A stretch of 39,089 nucleotides of DNA from Candidatus Velthaea sp. (GCA_050012475.1 JBEKHC010000042.1:1-39089); one strand, 5' to 3'; shown: positions 28,425 to 37,218, numbered from the stretch's first letter. The notes: a model not told the origin generated them from the letters alone. Numbers and translations are program-made.

Positions 28425-29483
28425 TCATTCCGCGTCGTCGTTGCCGGTTTGGGCGGCCGCCCCCACGGTTTTGGCCGCGCCATTGGGTGACACGGCCGAG
28501 CGCAGCGCTTCGCGAATCTTCGTTTCGATCTCCACGGCGAGGTCCATATGCTCTTCGAGGAACGCTTTGGCGTTCTCGCGTCCCTGGCCAATCCGCGTCT
28601 CACCGTACGTCCACCACGATCCGCTTTTACCGACGATGTTGCGCTCGAGCGCAACGTCGAGGATCGACCCCATTTTCGAGATGCCCTTACCGTAGGTGAT
28701 ATCGAATTCTGCTTGACGGAACGGCGGCGCGACCTTGTTCTTGACGACTTTGACGCGCGTGCGCGAACCGACGACGTCGGTTCCGATCTTGATCTGCTCG
28801 AGCTTGCGGACGTCCAGCCGGATCGACGCATAAAACTTGAGCGCGCGGCCGCCCGACGTGGTTTCGGGGCTGCCGAACATGACGCCGACTTTCTCGCGCA
28901 ACTGGTTGATGAAGACCATCACGCATTTCGAGCGTGAGATTGCCGCGGTCAGCTTGCGCAGCGCTTGCGACATCAGGCGCGCTTGAAGACCGACGTGCGT
29001 ATCGCCCATGTCGCCTTCGAGTTCGGCCTTGGTGACCAGCGCGGCGACCGAATCGAGGACGACGATATCGACGGCATTGGAGCGAATGAGCATCTCGGCG
29101 ATATCGAGGGCTTGTTCGCCGGCATCGGGTTGCGAGATCAGCAGGTTGTCGAGATCGATGCCCAGCGCCTTGGCGTAGTTGGGATCGAGGGCGTGCTCGA
29201 CGTCGATGAACGCTGCGGTGCCGCCGCCCTTCTGCGCTTCGGCGATCGCATGCAGCGCCAGGGTCGTCTTGCCGCTCGACTCCGGGCCGTAGATTTCGAT
29301 GATCCGCCCGCGCGGAAAACCGCCGACGCCCAGCGCCAGATCGAGCGCGATCGAACCCGACGGAACGACGTCGAACGCCATTTTGTCTTGGAAATCGCCC
29401 AGCTTCATGATCGAGCCCTTACCGAACTGACGCTCGATTTGGGCGAGGGCGTTGTTGAGGGCGGCTGCTTTATCGTCTGCCAA
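28425..29483 (-). CDS. recA: Recombinase RecA
   Basis: [31 protein letters not shown] and [14 protein letters not shown]. Confidence 0.99.
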   Translation of the reverse strand: MADDKAAALNNALAQIERQFGKGSIMKLGDFQDKMAFDVVPSGSIALDLALGVGGFPRGRIIEIYGPESSGKTTLALHAIAEAQKGGGTAAFIDVEHALDPNYAKALGIDLDNLLISQPDAGEQALDIAEMLIRSNAVDIVVLDSVAALVTKAELEGDMGDTHVGLQARLMSQALRKLTAAISRSKCVMVFINQLREKVGVMFGSPETTSGGRALKFYASIRLDVRKLEQIKIGTDVVGSRTRVKVVKNKVAPPFRQAEFDITYGKGISKMGSILDVALERNIVGKSGSWWTYGETRIGQGRENAKAFLEEHMDLAVEIETKIREALRSAVSPNGAAKTVGAAAQTGNDDAE

Positions 29484-29655
29484 AGTCGTTGCTCCGTCGG
29501 TGCGGCAAAGTGATTGATCCCGGCAAGACTCTCACCGCAGAGTGCCACCTGGTCGGCACTCTGCTGGATGAACCCACGCGGCGTACCGCATTCCCATCAC
29601 GCGCCGGAGCGCCGGGTCAAGGCTCGAATTATCGGCACCGATTCTACGAGCGCGG

Positions 29656-29673
29656 ATCGAACCCTTGTTCGAT
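29656..29673. promoter_or_regulatory. LexA (SOS/Cheo) box, Gram-positive type
   Basis: ATCGAAC-CCTT-GTTCGAT matches CGAAC-N4-GTTCG; lies just upstream of a minus-strand TAGAAT -10 (29641-29646) facing recA. Confidence 0.8.
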
Positions 29674-29770
29674 TACCGGCGGCGCATGCCGTCCGCCCGG
29701 GCTTTGGACCTAATCCCGGTGGGAGCAGCGGCCGCAAAGACTGCGCTGCGAATTCCCTATACTGAAAGCC

Positions 29771-30373
29771 ATGCACGCCACGCCAACTCTCGCTGCCCCG
29801 CCGTTCGTCCACGAATCGGCGTACGTCGATGAAGGAGCGACGATCGGAGACGGGACCCGGGTCTGGCACTTCTGCCACGTCGGCGCGAACGCACGCATCG
29901 GCGAGCGTTGTTCGTTCGGTCAAAACGTCTTCATCGCTCCGGGTGTGCGCATCGGCAACAACGTCAAGGTTCAAAACAACGTGTCGATCTACGCCGGCGT
30001 GGAACTCGAAGATGATGTGTTCTGCGGCCCGAGCATGGTCTTCACCAACGTGTCGACGCCGCGTTCGGGCTTTCCCCGCAACGCGCCGTCCGACTATGCG
30101 CCGACGCTGGTCAAGCGCGGCGCCAGCATCGGCGCCAACGCCACCATCGTTTGCGGACATACGATCGGTGAACATGCGTTCGTGGCGGCCGGCGCCGTGG
30201 TCACGGCCGACGTGCCGGCCCACGCGATCGTGATGGGCGTGCCGGCGCGCCAAGCGGGATATGCGTGCGCCTGCGGCGCGCGCTTGACCCTCGACGGCGA
30301 ACGTGCGCACTGCGGCGACTGCGGCCGGCGCTATGTCCGCGCCGACCGTTCGCTGCGCGAGGTGCGCGCATGA
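29771..30373 (+). CDS. Hexapeptide-repeat sugar N-acetyltransferase, WbpD/WlbB-like
   Basis: [21 protein letters not shown] and [15 protein letters not shown]-terminal CxC...CxxC. Confidence 0.9.
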   Translation: MHATPTLAAPPFVHESAYVDEGATIGDGTRVWHFCHVGANARIGERCSFGQNVFIAPGVRIGNNVKVQNNVSIYAGVELEDDVFCGPSMVFTNVSTPRSGFPRNAPSDYAPTLVKRGASIGANATIVCGHTIGEHAFVAAGAVVTADVPAHAIVMGVPARQAGYACACGARLTLDGERAHCGDCGRRYVRADRSLREVRA

Positions 30374-31482
30374 TCCCGATGGTGGACTTGGGCGCGCAAT
30401 ACCAAGCGCTCAAAGCGGAAATGGACGCCGCCGTACTCGCGGTGCTGGCCGACGGCCGCTTCATCCTCGGCCCCAACGTCGCTGCATTCGAGGCAGAAGT
30501 GGCGGCCTGGATCGGCACGCCGCACGCGGTCGGGGTGAACTCGGGCACCGACGCGCTGCACCTCGCGTTGCGTGCGCTGGACATCGGTCCGGGCGACGAA
30601 GTCATCACGACGCCCTTCACGTTCGTCGCGACGACCGAGGCCATCGGGATGGTCGGCGCGACACCGGTGTTCGTCGACATCGATCCGCAGACGTTCAATC
30701 TCGATCCCAGCCGCATCGCCGCGGCCATCACCGCGCGCACCAAAGCGATTCTGCCCGTCCATCTGTACGGCGCGCCGGCGGCGATGCCGGAGATCCTGGC
30801 CATCGCCCGTCAGCACGGGCTGCTGGTCGTCGAAGATTGCGCGCAAGCAATCGGCGCGAAGATCGCGGGCCGCCCGGTCGGCACGTTCGGCGATGCCGCC
30901 GCGTTCAGCTTTTTCCCCTCGAAGAATCTGGGCGCGTACGGCGACGGCGGCTTGGTGACGACCGCCTCGGCCACGCTCGCTGGACGGCTGCGCGCGCTGC
31001 GCGCACATGGCGGCCGAATCAAGTATCAGCACGAGGAACTGGGCCTCAACAGCCGCCTGGACGAACTCCAAGCCGCGATTCTGCGGGTCAAACTCCCGCA
31101 TCTGCACGCGTGGAATACCGCGCGCCGCGCGGTCGCTGCGCGCTACCGCGAGTTACTCGCCGGAATCGCTGACATTCGCCTTCCCGCTGAACCACCCGAT
31201 TCGTACTGCGTCTACCATCAATTCACGATTCGCTGTTCGGATCGCCGGCGGGTGCAGGGCATCTTGGCCGATGGCGGCGTGCAGAGCATGGTGTATTACC
31301 CGATTCCGCTGCATCGGCAAGCGGTGCACGCGCAGCTCCCCGGGCGCGCAGCGTCGCTGCGCGAGAGCGAGATCGCAGCCGACGAAGTGCTCTCCCTGCC
31401 GATCTATCCCGAGCTGCCCGAGGCCGAGATCGAGCGCATCGCGGCGCTGCTCGCGCGCGCCCACGACGGCGTTACGGCCTAA
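30370..31482 (+). CDS. DegT/DnrJ/EryC1/StrS aminotransferase (WbpE-like)
   Basis: [32 protein letters not shown] and [13 protein letters not shown] 30370 overlaps the acetyltransferase stop (ATGA). Confidence 0.93.
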   Translation: MIPMVDLGAQYQALKAEMDAAVLAVLADGRFILGPNVAAFEAEVAAWIGTPHAVGVNSGTDALHLALRALDIGPGDEVITTPFTFVATTEAIGMVGATPVFVDIDPQTFNLDPSRIAAAITARTKAILPVHLYGAPAAMPEILAIARQHGLLVVEDCAQAIGAKIAGRPVGTFGDAAAFSFFPSKNLGAYGDGGLVTTASATLAGRLRALRAHGGRIKYQHEELGLNSRLDELQAAILRVKLPHLHAWNTARRAVAARYRELLAGIADIRLPAEPPDSYCVYHQFTIRCSDRRRVQGILADGGVQSMVYYPIPLHRQAVHAQLPGRAASLRESEIAADEVLSLPIYPELPEAEIERIAALLARAHDGVTA

Positions 31483-32462
31483 GCCGCCGGCGAATCGGGC
31501 GCCGCTGCGGCCGTGCCGTTGCGCGCCTTGGCGACGCGCAGCGCTTTGCCGCGCACGCGATCGAGCAGCCAACGCCGCTCGAGCGCGAGATGTTCGCGCG
31601 GCCCGATGACGTGCAATCCGCGCTCGTTTTCCAGCCGGGCGAGAATCTCGCCGACCGGAACGAACCAGCCGTTGCGCTCGGCCAAACGCTGCAGTGCGCG
31701 CTCGACGCCGGGTTCGAGCTTGCCGTCGCGAACGAAGCCGCTGGCCACGTGTGTGTACACGATGCACGCTCCGCCCGCCGCCTCTAGTCGCTCGAGTGCC
31801 GCCGGCGTCAGCAGCGCGGTGAAATCTGCCGCACTCGCAGCATCGGTTCCGGAAAACCAAGCGCGGACATACGGGCGGCGCGGATCGGCATACGGCATGT
31901 ACGGGTCGACCGCGGTCGTCACGATATCCCTGAACGTAAAGCCGCGAACGTAACGGATGCGTTCGCGGCACAAGTCGGCCCAGAAATAGGGGCTGGCCGG
32001 CGTCGAGCCGCCGAAGCGAGTCGGTCCGCGCCGAAACGCCCGATAGACGGCGCGGATCAGCGCCGCGTCGAAGCGTTCGCGGCCCCAGTAAATCGATTCG
32101 TTGTTCTGAGCGTGATTGGCATAGGTGGCCGGCCAATTTCCCAACACGTCGCGGAACACGTCGAGCGCGTGGCTGTTGAGCGCCCGCGGCGTCCCACCCG
32201 AGCGTGCTCCGTGCCAGCCGATCTCGAAACCCGCGCCGGCGAGTTCTTCGATCCAGGTGCGATACGCTTCATCCGCGAGCGTTTCCCCGGTAAACCGGTC
32301 GCCGGCGACGCACGGCAGCGACCACACGGTTTTCGTCGTGCGCAAACCGTAGTGGTGCAAGGCATCGTAGAACGGCCGCACGTTCGCCAGGGTCGCACAA
32401 TCGGTGTCGTCGATGATGCTCAACGCGAAACGCTTGCCGGCGGGCCATGCGAGACGAACCAT
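31479..32462 (-). CDS. Polysaccharide deacetylase (CE4/NodB)-like protein
   Basis: [24 protein letters not shown] and terminal WFVPVGEIL resemble NodB-fold motifs; translationally coupled to the GT4 gene. Confidence 0.55.
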   Translation of the reverse strand: MVRLAWPAGKRFALSIIDDTDCATLANVRPFYDALHHYGLRTTKTVWSLPCVAGDRFTGETLADEAYRTWIEELAGAGFEIGWHGARSGGTPRALNSHALDVFRDVLGNWPATYANHAQNNESIYWGRERFDAALIRAVYRAFRRGPTRFGGSTPASPYFWADLCRERIRYVRGFTFRDIVTTAVDPYMPYADPRRPYVRAWFSGTDAASAADFTALLTPAALERLEAAGGACIVYTHVASGFVRDGKLEPGVERALQRLAERNGWFVPVGEILARLENERGLHVIGPREHLALERRWLLDRVRGKALRVAKARNGTAAAAPDSPAA

Positions 32463-33670
32463 CAGACCGCGGCCGCGACCTGCGCAACGTACTTGCGCAC
32501 GAGCGTCGAACGTTCGTAGCGCTCCAGCACGAACGCTCGTCCGGCGGCGCCCAGCTGCTGACAGCGTCCGCGATCGGCGGCCAGTTCCGCGATTGCCGCT
32601 GCCAGGGCGGGCGGATCTTCCGGCGTCACGACGATGCCCCCGCCCGATTGCGCGATCAGCCGCGCCGCTTCACCGTGCGCCGAAAGCACCACGGCCGTTC
32701 CCATCGCCAACGCATCGAACATTTTCTTGGGCAGCGCGTCGACGACGTTGGCACGCAGGGGCACCAGGGCAATGTCCGCATCGCGCTGCAGCGCCTTGGC
32801 CTCATCGCTGGTGCGCTGGCCCAAGAATGTCACCCCCTGCAACCCCGCGCGCGCGGCGACCTCTTCCAGCCGAGCGCGTTCGGTGCCGTCGCCGGCGATG
32901 ACGATGCGGATTTGCGGCTTGTCGCGCAAGAGCATTGCGGCCTCGAGGATCGACTCGACTCCGCTGGTCAGTCCGAGCGTTCCGACATACGCTGCGACGA
33001 TCTCGTCGGGCCGGCGGGCATACGGCGACGGCGTCCGCTCGTCGAACACGTCGAATCCGTTGGTGAACAGCACGACTTTCCCGGGCGCGATGCCGCGGGC
33101 CACGATCGAGGCCAACGCCGTCTCGCTGACGGTCGAAACGAGGATAGCCCGGCGATAGAGGGCGTCGCTGAGGGCGTTCACGACGCGGTCCACCGGTGAA
33201 CCCGGTTGCCAGAGATTCAGCTCGATCCCGCGCGTGGTCAAGACGTCGCGGACGTCGACGACGAGCGGCGCGCGCAGCAGCACCCCAGCCGCCAATGCGA
33301 CCAGCGACTGCGTGATCGGCGGAAAGCTGGCCACGATGAGATCGTAGCGCCGGCCGCGGATCGCGTTCCAAGCGATCGACCCGAGCATGCCCGCCGCTAC
33401 CGACGTCCAGTTCAACACGCGGTCGATTCGGCGCAGCCGCGGCGACGCATAGGTCCAGACCCGTTCGACCTGCGCGCGACCGACCTGCTCGACGACGCGC
33501 CATTTGCCGCGATAGCGCTGCGGAAGCGTTCCCGTTGGAAACGACGGCATCGCCGTGAGCACGTGAACGTCGTTCCCGACCGCAGCGAACTGCGCCGCAA
33601 TGGCGGCAGTACGCTCGCTGGCGGCACCCGTCTCGGGAGCGAAGAACTGCGTCAGCAGCAAGATGCGCAT
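32462..33670 (-). CDS. GT4 glycosyltransferase (WbuB-like)
   Basis: MRILLLTQFFAPETGA, VHVLTAMPSFP, YVGTLG, IAGDGTER and PKKMFDALAMG. Confidence 0.9.
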   Translation of the reverse strand: MRILLLTQFFAPETGAASERTAAIAAQFAAVGNDVHVLTAMPSFPTGTLPQRYRGKWRVVEQVGRAQVERVWTYASPRLRRIDRVLNWTSVAAGMLGSIAWNAIRGRRYDLIVASFPPITQSLVALAAGVLLRAPLVVDVRDVLTTRGIELNLWQPGSPVDRVVNALSDALYRRAILVSTVSETALASIVARGIAPGKVVLFTNGFDVFDERTPSPYARRPDEIVAAYVGTLGLTSGVESILEAAMLLRDKPQIRIVIAGDGTERARLEEVAARAGLQGVTFLGQRTSDEAKALQRDADIALVPLRANVVDALPKKMFDALAMGTAVVLSAHGEAARLIAQSGGGIVVTPEDPPALAAAIAELAADRGRCQQLGAAGRAFVLERYERSTLVRKYVAQVAAAV

Positions 33671-33808
33671 ACGCTTCTTTTCGGTCGCGGTGTCCGTTCC
33701 GACCCGCGACCTAAAGAGCGAAAGCGGCTAGGAATTTGGTCCCGGGCGTTCCGCTTCCATCTGCGCTACCATTGCCGGAGGTGACGCCGCGCCGCGCCGC
33801 GCCACGCT

Positions 33809-35374
33809 CTACGCCGGCGCCAACACGTCGAAGTCGCTCATGTGAATGGTTGCCAGACACGCGCTGACGCCGGTGGTGTCCCAAACGTTTGCGGTATTGC
33901 TGTCGGCGGGGTAGATCCCGTTGCCTTGGCTGCCGGTATCCGATTCATATCCGCCGTAGTGCTGCAGGCCGTACACGATGTGCGCCGCTTGCGTGCTGGC
34001 TGCGCACGGCGCGCTGGCGAACGTCGGATGGAGACGAAGGTGCGCACCGAAACACAGCTGGTGTGCGGTTCCCGTACCGGTGTACGCGGTGCCTGCGCTC
34101 GTGCCCGCCGGTGCTACGAAGCAATTGCCGAGCGAGCCGGCTTTGGCATCGAGGTTGATCGCGTGATCGAGATTCGCGCCGGCAATTTCGTCGAGCTTGA
34201 CCAAACCGAAGAACATGCTCAACCCCGACGCCTGCGGTGAACTGGCGTTGGGATAGCCAAGTCCCAGCGGCGATTCGTACGCTTGGCCCAGGGGCCACAT
34301 GATGCCGTTGTACCAGCTCACGGCCGTGCCGGTAAACGCCGTCGAGTACGCCTCGTAGTCGATGCAGCCGTTGGGCTTGGCGGGCGAATCGAGGACGAAC
34401 GAATGCGCGTCGCCGACTCCGTTGTTCTCAATGTAGTAGCCGCTCGACCAGGGCCAGTTTCCGGCCGGGGCGGGATGATAGGACGGATTTCCGGTGACCG
34501 GATACTTGGTCGCCGTGTCACCTTCGTCGAGATTGATCTTCTCTTCGCCGAAATAGGTCTCGGCCGCGAAACTCGAGCTGTCGACGCTCGTTTGCGACGC
34601 GATCATCGCCGCGCTGTACGGATCGACGGCAGCATTCGTCACATCGGCGTTATACGCGTCGCCGGGAGCGCCGATCGTGCATCCGTCGTACATGGCCACA
34701 TTGGTCGAAGGGACCGCGGGCGCAGAAGTCGACGCCGGGGGCGCGGGCGTTGCCGCTACGGCTGCAGGTGCAGGGTTCGACGACACTTCGATCCCCGCGA
34801 GCAAGGCGTTGTCGATGATCGTTTTGAACGCCACCGCGAGCTTGCCGTTCGCGTCGGCCGGTTCCGAAAAGGTTTTGGTATCGGCCACGTATCTGCCGCC
34901 GCTGTCTTTGAAGACGTCGAAGTTCTTCAACACCGTCGTGCCGTTCAGTGCGACATCGAACAGACGCTTGCCGGCCGCAGTCCAGAAGTTTTCGCTGAAG
35001 TGCAGCCGTACCGTATAACTTGCATTCGGCACGAGCCCGGTTACCGTGTACGAGAAATTGCCGTAGCGGGACGTCTGATAGACGGCCTGAGGGGCTGGGT
35101 TGATCACGCGGCTCGTGTCGACGGCGCGCGCGGTCGAACCGGTCCAACCGCCGCCGAACGCTTTATCCGCCGACCATGTTCCCGCCGCTGCGCCGCCGGC
35201 GTCGATCATTACGGCAGCGGCGGCCGCGGCGCTCGTAACGCCCAGCGGACGCGCCATCGACACAGCCGGCAATCGCTGGGCGCTCGGAACCGTCGTTCCC
35301 ATGCCTCCGGCAGCCGAACATCCGCTGACGACGGCCAGCAGAGCCGTGGAAACATAGCGTCTGAGTCGCTTCAT
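33809..35374 (-). CDS. Lipoprotein with malectin-like carbohydrate-binding domain and uncharacterised C-terminal domain
   Basis: ATG 35374 with GGAG RBS; lipobox-like LLAVVSGC; malectin motifs IDAGG, VYQTSRYG.FSY, YTVRLHFSE and GKRLFDV.LNG..VL.NFDV. Confidence 0.85.
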   Translation of the reverse strand: MKRLRRYVSTALLAVVSGCSAAGGMGTTVPSAQRLPAVSMARPLGVTSAAAAAAVMIDAGGAAAGTWSADKAFGGGWTGSTARAVDTSRVINPAPQAVYQTSRYGNFSYTVTGLVPNASYTVRLHFSENFWTAAGKRLFDVALNGTTVLKNFDVFKDSGGRYVADTKTFSEPADANGKLAVAFKTIIDNALLAGIEVSSNPAPAAVAATPAPPASTSAPAVPSTNVAMYDGCTIGAPGDAYNADVTNAAVDPYSAAMIASQTSVDSSSFAAETYFGEEKINLDEGDTATKYPVTGNPSYHPAPAGNWPWSSGYYIENNGVGDAHSFVLDSPAKPNGCIDYEAYSTAFTGTAVSWYNGIMWPLGQAYESPLGLGYPNASSPQASGLSMFFGLVKLDEIAGANLDHAINLDAKAGSLGNCFVAPAGTSAGTAYTGTGTAHQLCFGAHLRLHPTFASAPCAASTQAAHIVYGLQHYGGYESDTGSQGNGIYPADSNTANVWDTTGVSACLATIHMSDFDVLAPA

Positions 35375-35522
35375 GGACACTCCAAAAAGAAGAGCCGCGT
35401 TGCGGACAGCAAAAAAGACGCACACCCAACATCAAGCAGCGCCGGCCGTCACGAGCTTCGTTGCGAAGGAATTAGGACACGTTGAACAGCACGCCGCGAT
35501 GACGGCGCGTTATCCGGCTACA

Positions 35523-35549
35523 CTATCGGCGATTGATGATTGCTATTTA
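35523..35549 (-). promoter_or_regulatory. Sigma-28-type promoter upstream of the malectin-GT4-CE4 genes
   Basis: Minus strand TAAA-N15-GCCGATAG (1 mismatch to consensus); a second GCCGATAA at 35632-35639 has no good -35. Confidence 0.72.
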
Positions 35550-35759
35550 AGCTTCAATGTGTTTGCAATTCGACACATTGCCGAATGCGCGCACAATTGA
35601 AGTTAAAGAACAATGCAGATTCACAATGCTCTTATCGGCAATGCCGCTAGTGATCTTCGCTTCAGCGGATAAATCGGGAGTTTGTTGTGCGATGGAACAC
35701 ACGTGGCAGCGTCGCTGTACCGCGTTCGTATCGCGCCGCGACCTGCGCTGCCGCGTTCA

Positions 35760-35800
35760 CGAGAACGCTTGCGGGGCGCAGTGCGCCGCAAGCGTTCTCG
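35760..35800. repeat. 15-bp perfect inverted repeat
   Basis: CGAGAACGCTTGCGG-N11-CCGCAAGCGTTCTCG; no U-tract on either strand. Confidence 0.8.
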
Positions 35801-35902
35801 CGCATCCGCCGCGGCGTCCTCGAATGCTTGCATTGCGTCCTGCAGCGGGCCCCAGACCTTCTGTTTGCGCGCGCACAGGTTGCTGCGGAATCAGCTCGGT
35901 AG

Positions 35903-36097
35903 CGCACGCAGTCGGCTTACAGCGCCCGCGCACGCGCTCGCCTAGCCGTGCGCCCGGCTTACAGCGTCCGCCAACGTACTCGAATTGTCGTGCGCGCCCA
36001 CGCGGTCGGGTCGCAGTACGCGCACGCGGTCGGCTTGCCGTACGAGCGCACGCCGTCCGCTTGCAGTGCGCGCACGCGGTCCGCTTGCAGTGCGCGC
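35903..36097. repeat. Degenerate 24/26-bp tandem repeat array (about 7 copies)
   Basis: Consensus CGCACGCGGTC(C/G)GCTTGCAGTGCG; best copies at 36047-36094; no unique spacers. Confidence 0.75.
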
Positions 36098-36141
36098 GCT
36101 GTGAGATTGAGAAGTGACTGCAAACTGCGCGCTCTAGGCCG

Positions 36142-36468
36142 TCACGCTTCGGGGAGCAGTTCGCGTTCCTCGTCCGTTGTCGGCACGATCTTCCAGCTGA
36201 CGGCGAAGACACCAGGCTCGATACCGATCTTTGTCACGATTTTCTCGAGCTTCGCATCTGCACGCCCCGACACCGTGACATCGGCGATGACCTCCACTCG
36301 GCTTGTCGACTCGATGTCCTCGCTGTACACGGCAATAAGCGACATCGCCGCGCTCCGGACCGTCGAGATCATGAGCGTTCGTAGCCGCTCCTCGACATCC
36401 TGACGACACACTGCACGTACTTCGTAGCTTGAAATCACTTCTATCCCGGGCGATGATCGTCGGTTCAT
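36142..36468 (-). CDS. Stand-alone MgtC/SapB C-terminal ACT-like domain (possibly a truncated mgtC)
   Basis: YEVRAVC...E.RLR.LM...S.DIE...VEV.A.V......AKLEKIV..IGIEPGVFAVSW resembles the MgtC C-terminal domain; no TM domain upstream; lies under an M-box. Confidence 0.75.
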   Translation of the reverse strand: MNRRSSPGIEVISSYEVRAVCRQDVEERLRTLMISTVRSAAMSLIAVYSEDIESTSRVEVIADVTVSGRADAKLEKIVTKIGIEPGVFAVSWKIVPTTDEERELLPEA

Positions 36469-36641
36469 TGCCGGTGCCGCAGGGGCCGCGCTTTGCGGCG
36501 GCGCTGCATCATCGTGCTCACCATGAGCTCAAGCAGATGCAGCGTCGTCGCATCGCCCGCTCGCCAGGCACGTTCCTGTGCCGCGTGCGATTGCGCAAGC
36601 GGCGAGAGGTAGAGTCCGCGAGCCATCAACCCGCTCGTCAT
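36465..36641 (-). CDS. Hypothetical small protein (58 aa); absent from the ORF track
   Basis: MTSGLMARGLYLSPLAQSHAAQERAWRAGDATTLHLLELMVSTMMQRRRKARPLRHRQ*; ATGA overlaps with neighbours at both ends. Confidence 0.5.
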   Translation of the reverse strand: MTSGLMARGLYLSPLAQSHAAQERAWRAGDATTLHLLELMVSTMMQRRRKARPLRHRQ

Positions 36642-36835
36642 CGCGCGTGAAGAATCCAGAACGAAGGGCCCGTATCGGCTGGGTCTAGGCGATTGTGGCG
36701 CGTATGTTCTCGTTCCAGGGCGCGCTGCAAGGAGGCGGCGCCATCGGCTTGCCGGCGCATCCGATCGATGGCGCGGGCGCGTAAAAACGTAATCAAGTTC
36801 GCCGCGTCCGTGCGCGGCGTCGAGAGAAAGTTCAT
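36638..36835 (-). CDS. Hypothetical small basic protein (65 aa)
   Basis: MNFLSTPRTDAANLITFLRARAIDRMRRQADG...FWILHAR*; AGGA 9 nt before the ATG; stop overlaps the next ATG. Confidence 0.5.
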   Translation of the reverse strand: MNFLSTPRTDAANLITFLRARAIDRMRRQADGAASLQRALEREHTRHNRLDPADTGPSFWILHAR

Positions 36836-36846
36836 GTCAGAAAATC

Positions 36847-36936
36847 CTAGTGAGAGTCGCCGCCGATGGCGGCGCAGCAAGCTACCTGCCCGGGTGCGGG
36901 CGGAGGTTGAGACTGACGTGTACTGTTGCCGTCCAT
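36847..36936 (-). CDS. Putative Pro-rich leader or mini-peptide (29 aa)
   Basis: MDGNSTRQSQPPPAPGQVACCAAIGGDSH*; preceded by AAAGGGGGTGAT (close to the extended SD AAAGGAGGTGAT), though the spacing is long. Confidence 0.4.
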   Translation of the reverse strand: MDGNSTRQSQPPPAPGQVACCAAIGGDSH

Positions 36937-36988
36937 CGTGGATCCATCACCCCCTTTGCTGGCATTACTCGCCGACGCGTTCTGACAC

Positions 36989-37020
36989 AAAAAACCGCTC
37001 GGATCGTCGGTCCGGCGGTC
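36989..37020 (-). terminator. Riboswitch expression-platform intrinsic terminator
   Basis: Minus strand GACCGC-CGGA-CCGACGA-TCCG-A-GCGGTTTTTT; preceded by hairpin GAACGACGC-AAACAAG-GCGTCGTTC (37025-37049). Confidence 0.8.
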
Positions 37021-37049
37021 AAGGGAACGACGCCTTGTTTGCGTCGTTC

Positions 37050-37210
37050 GGCCTCTACGTCCGGGGTTTGGCACCATACGCCGTAGAGCCGAGGCTTAGC
37101 CACATTAGATCCCGCCTTGATTCGACGGGGCCTGGTAACCCATTGGGGTCTCTCGACCTTTCCGGGCAGCGGCATATTTGTCGTACGGACGCCTCGCCTA
37201 ACGAGGATTC
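37050..37210 (-). ncRNA. M-box (ykoK leader) Mg2+-sensing riboswitch
   Basis: Minus strand CCTCGTTAGGCGAGGC...GCCGCTGCCCGGAAAGGTCGAGAGACCCCAATGGGT...AAGG...CTAATGTGGCT...GTGCCAAACCCCGGACGTAGAGG follows the M-box conserved blocks in order; flanked by a promoter and terminator and upstream of an MgtC domain. Confidence 0.92.
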
Positions 37211-37218
37211 CAGCTGTC

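Noticed and set aside
29629..29636. Perfect sigma-28 -10 (GCCGATAA, minus strand) upstream of recA
   Set aside because: No TAAA-like -35 at 15-16 nt; the TAGAAT plus LexA box arrangement explains the region better.
33785..33803. (CGCCG)n microsatellite as a phase-variation tract
   Set aside because: Under four full units, intergenic, and expected at this GC content.
35903..36097. CRISPR array
   Set aside because: Units are adjacent with no unique spacers, are degenerate, and no cas genes are in the window.
35557..36212. Cys-rich ORFs across the repeat array (35557..36117 +, 35757..36212 -)
   Set aside because: They are translations of the DNA repeat; mixed 24/26-nt units scramble the peptide repeat and no RBS is evident.
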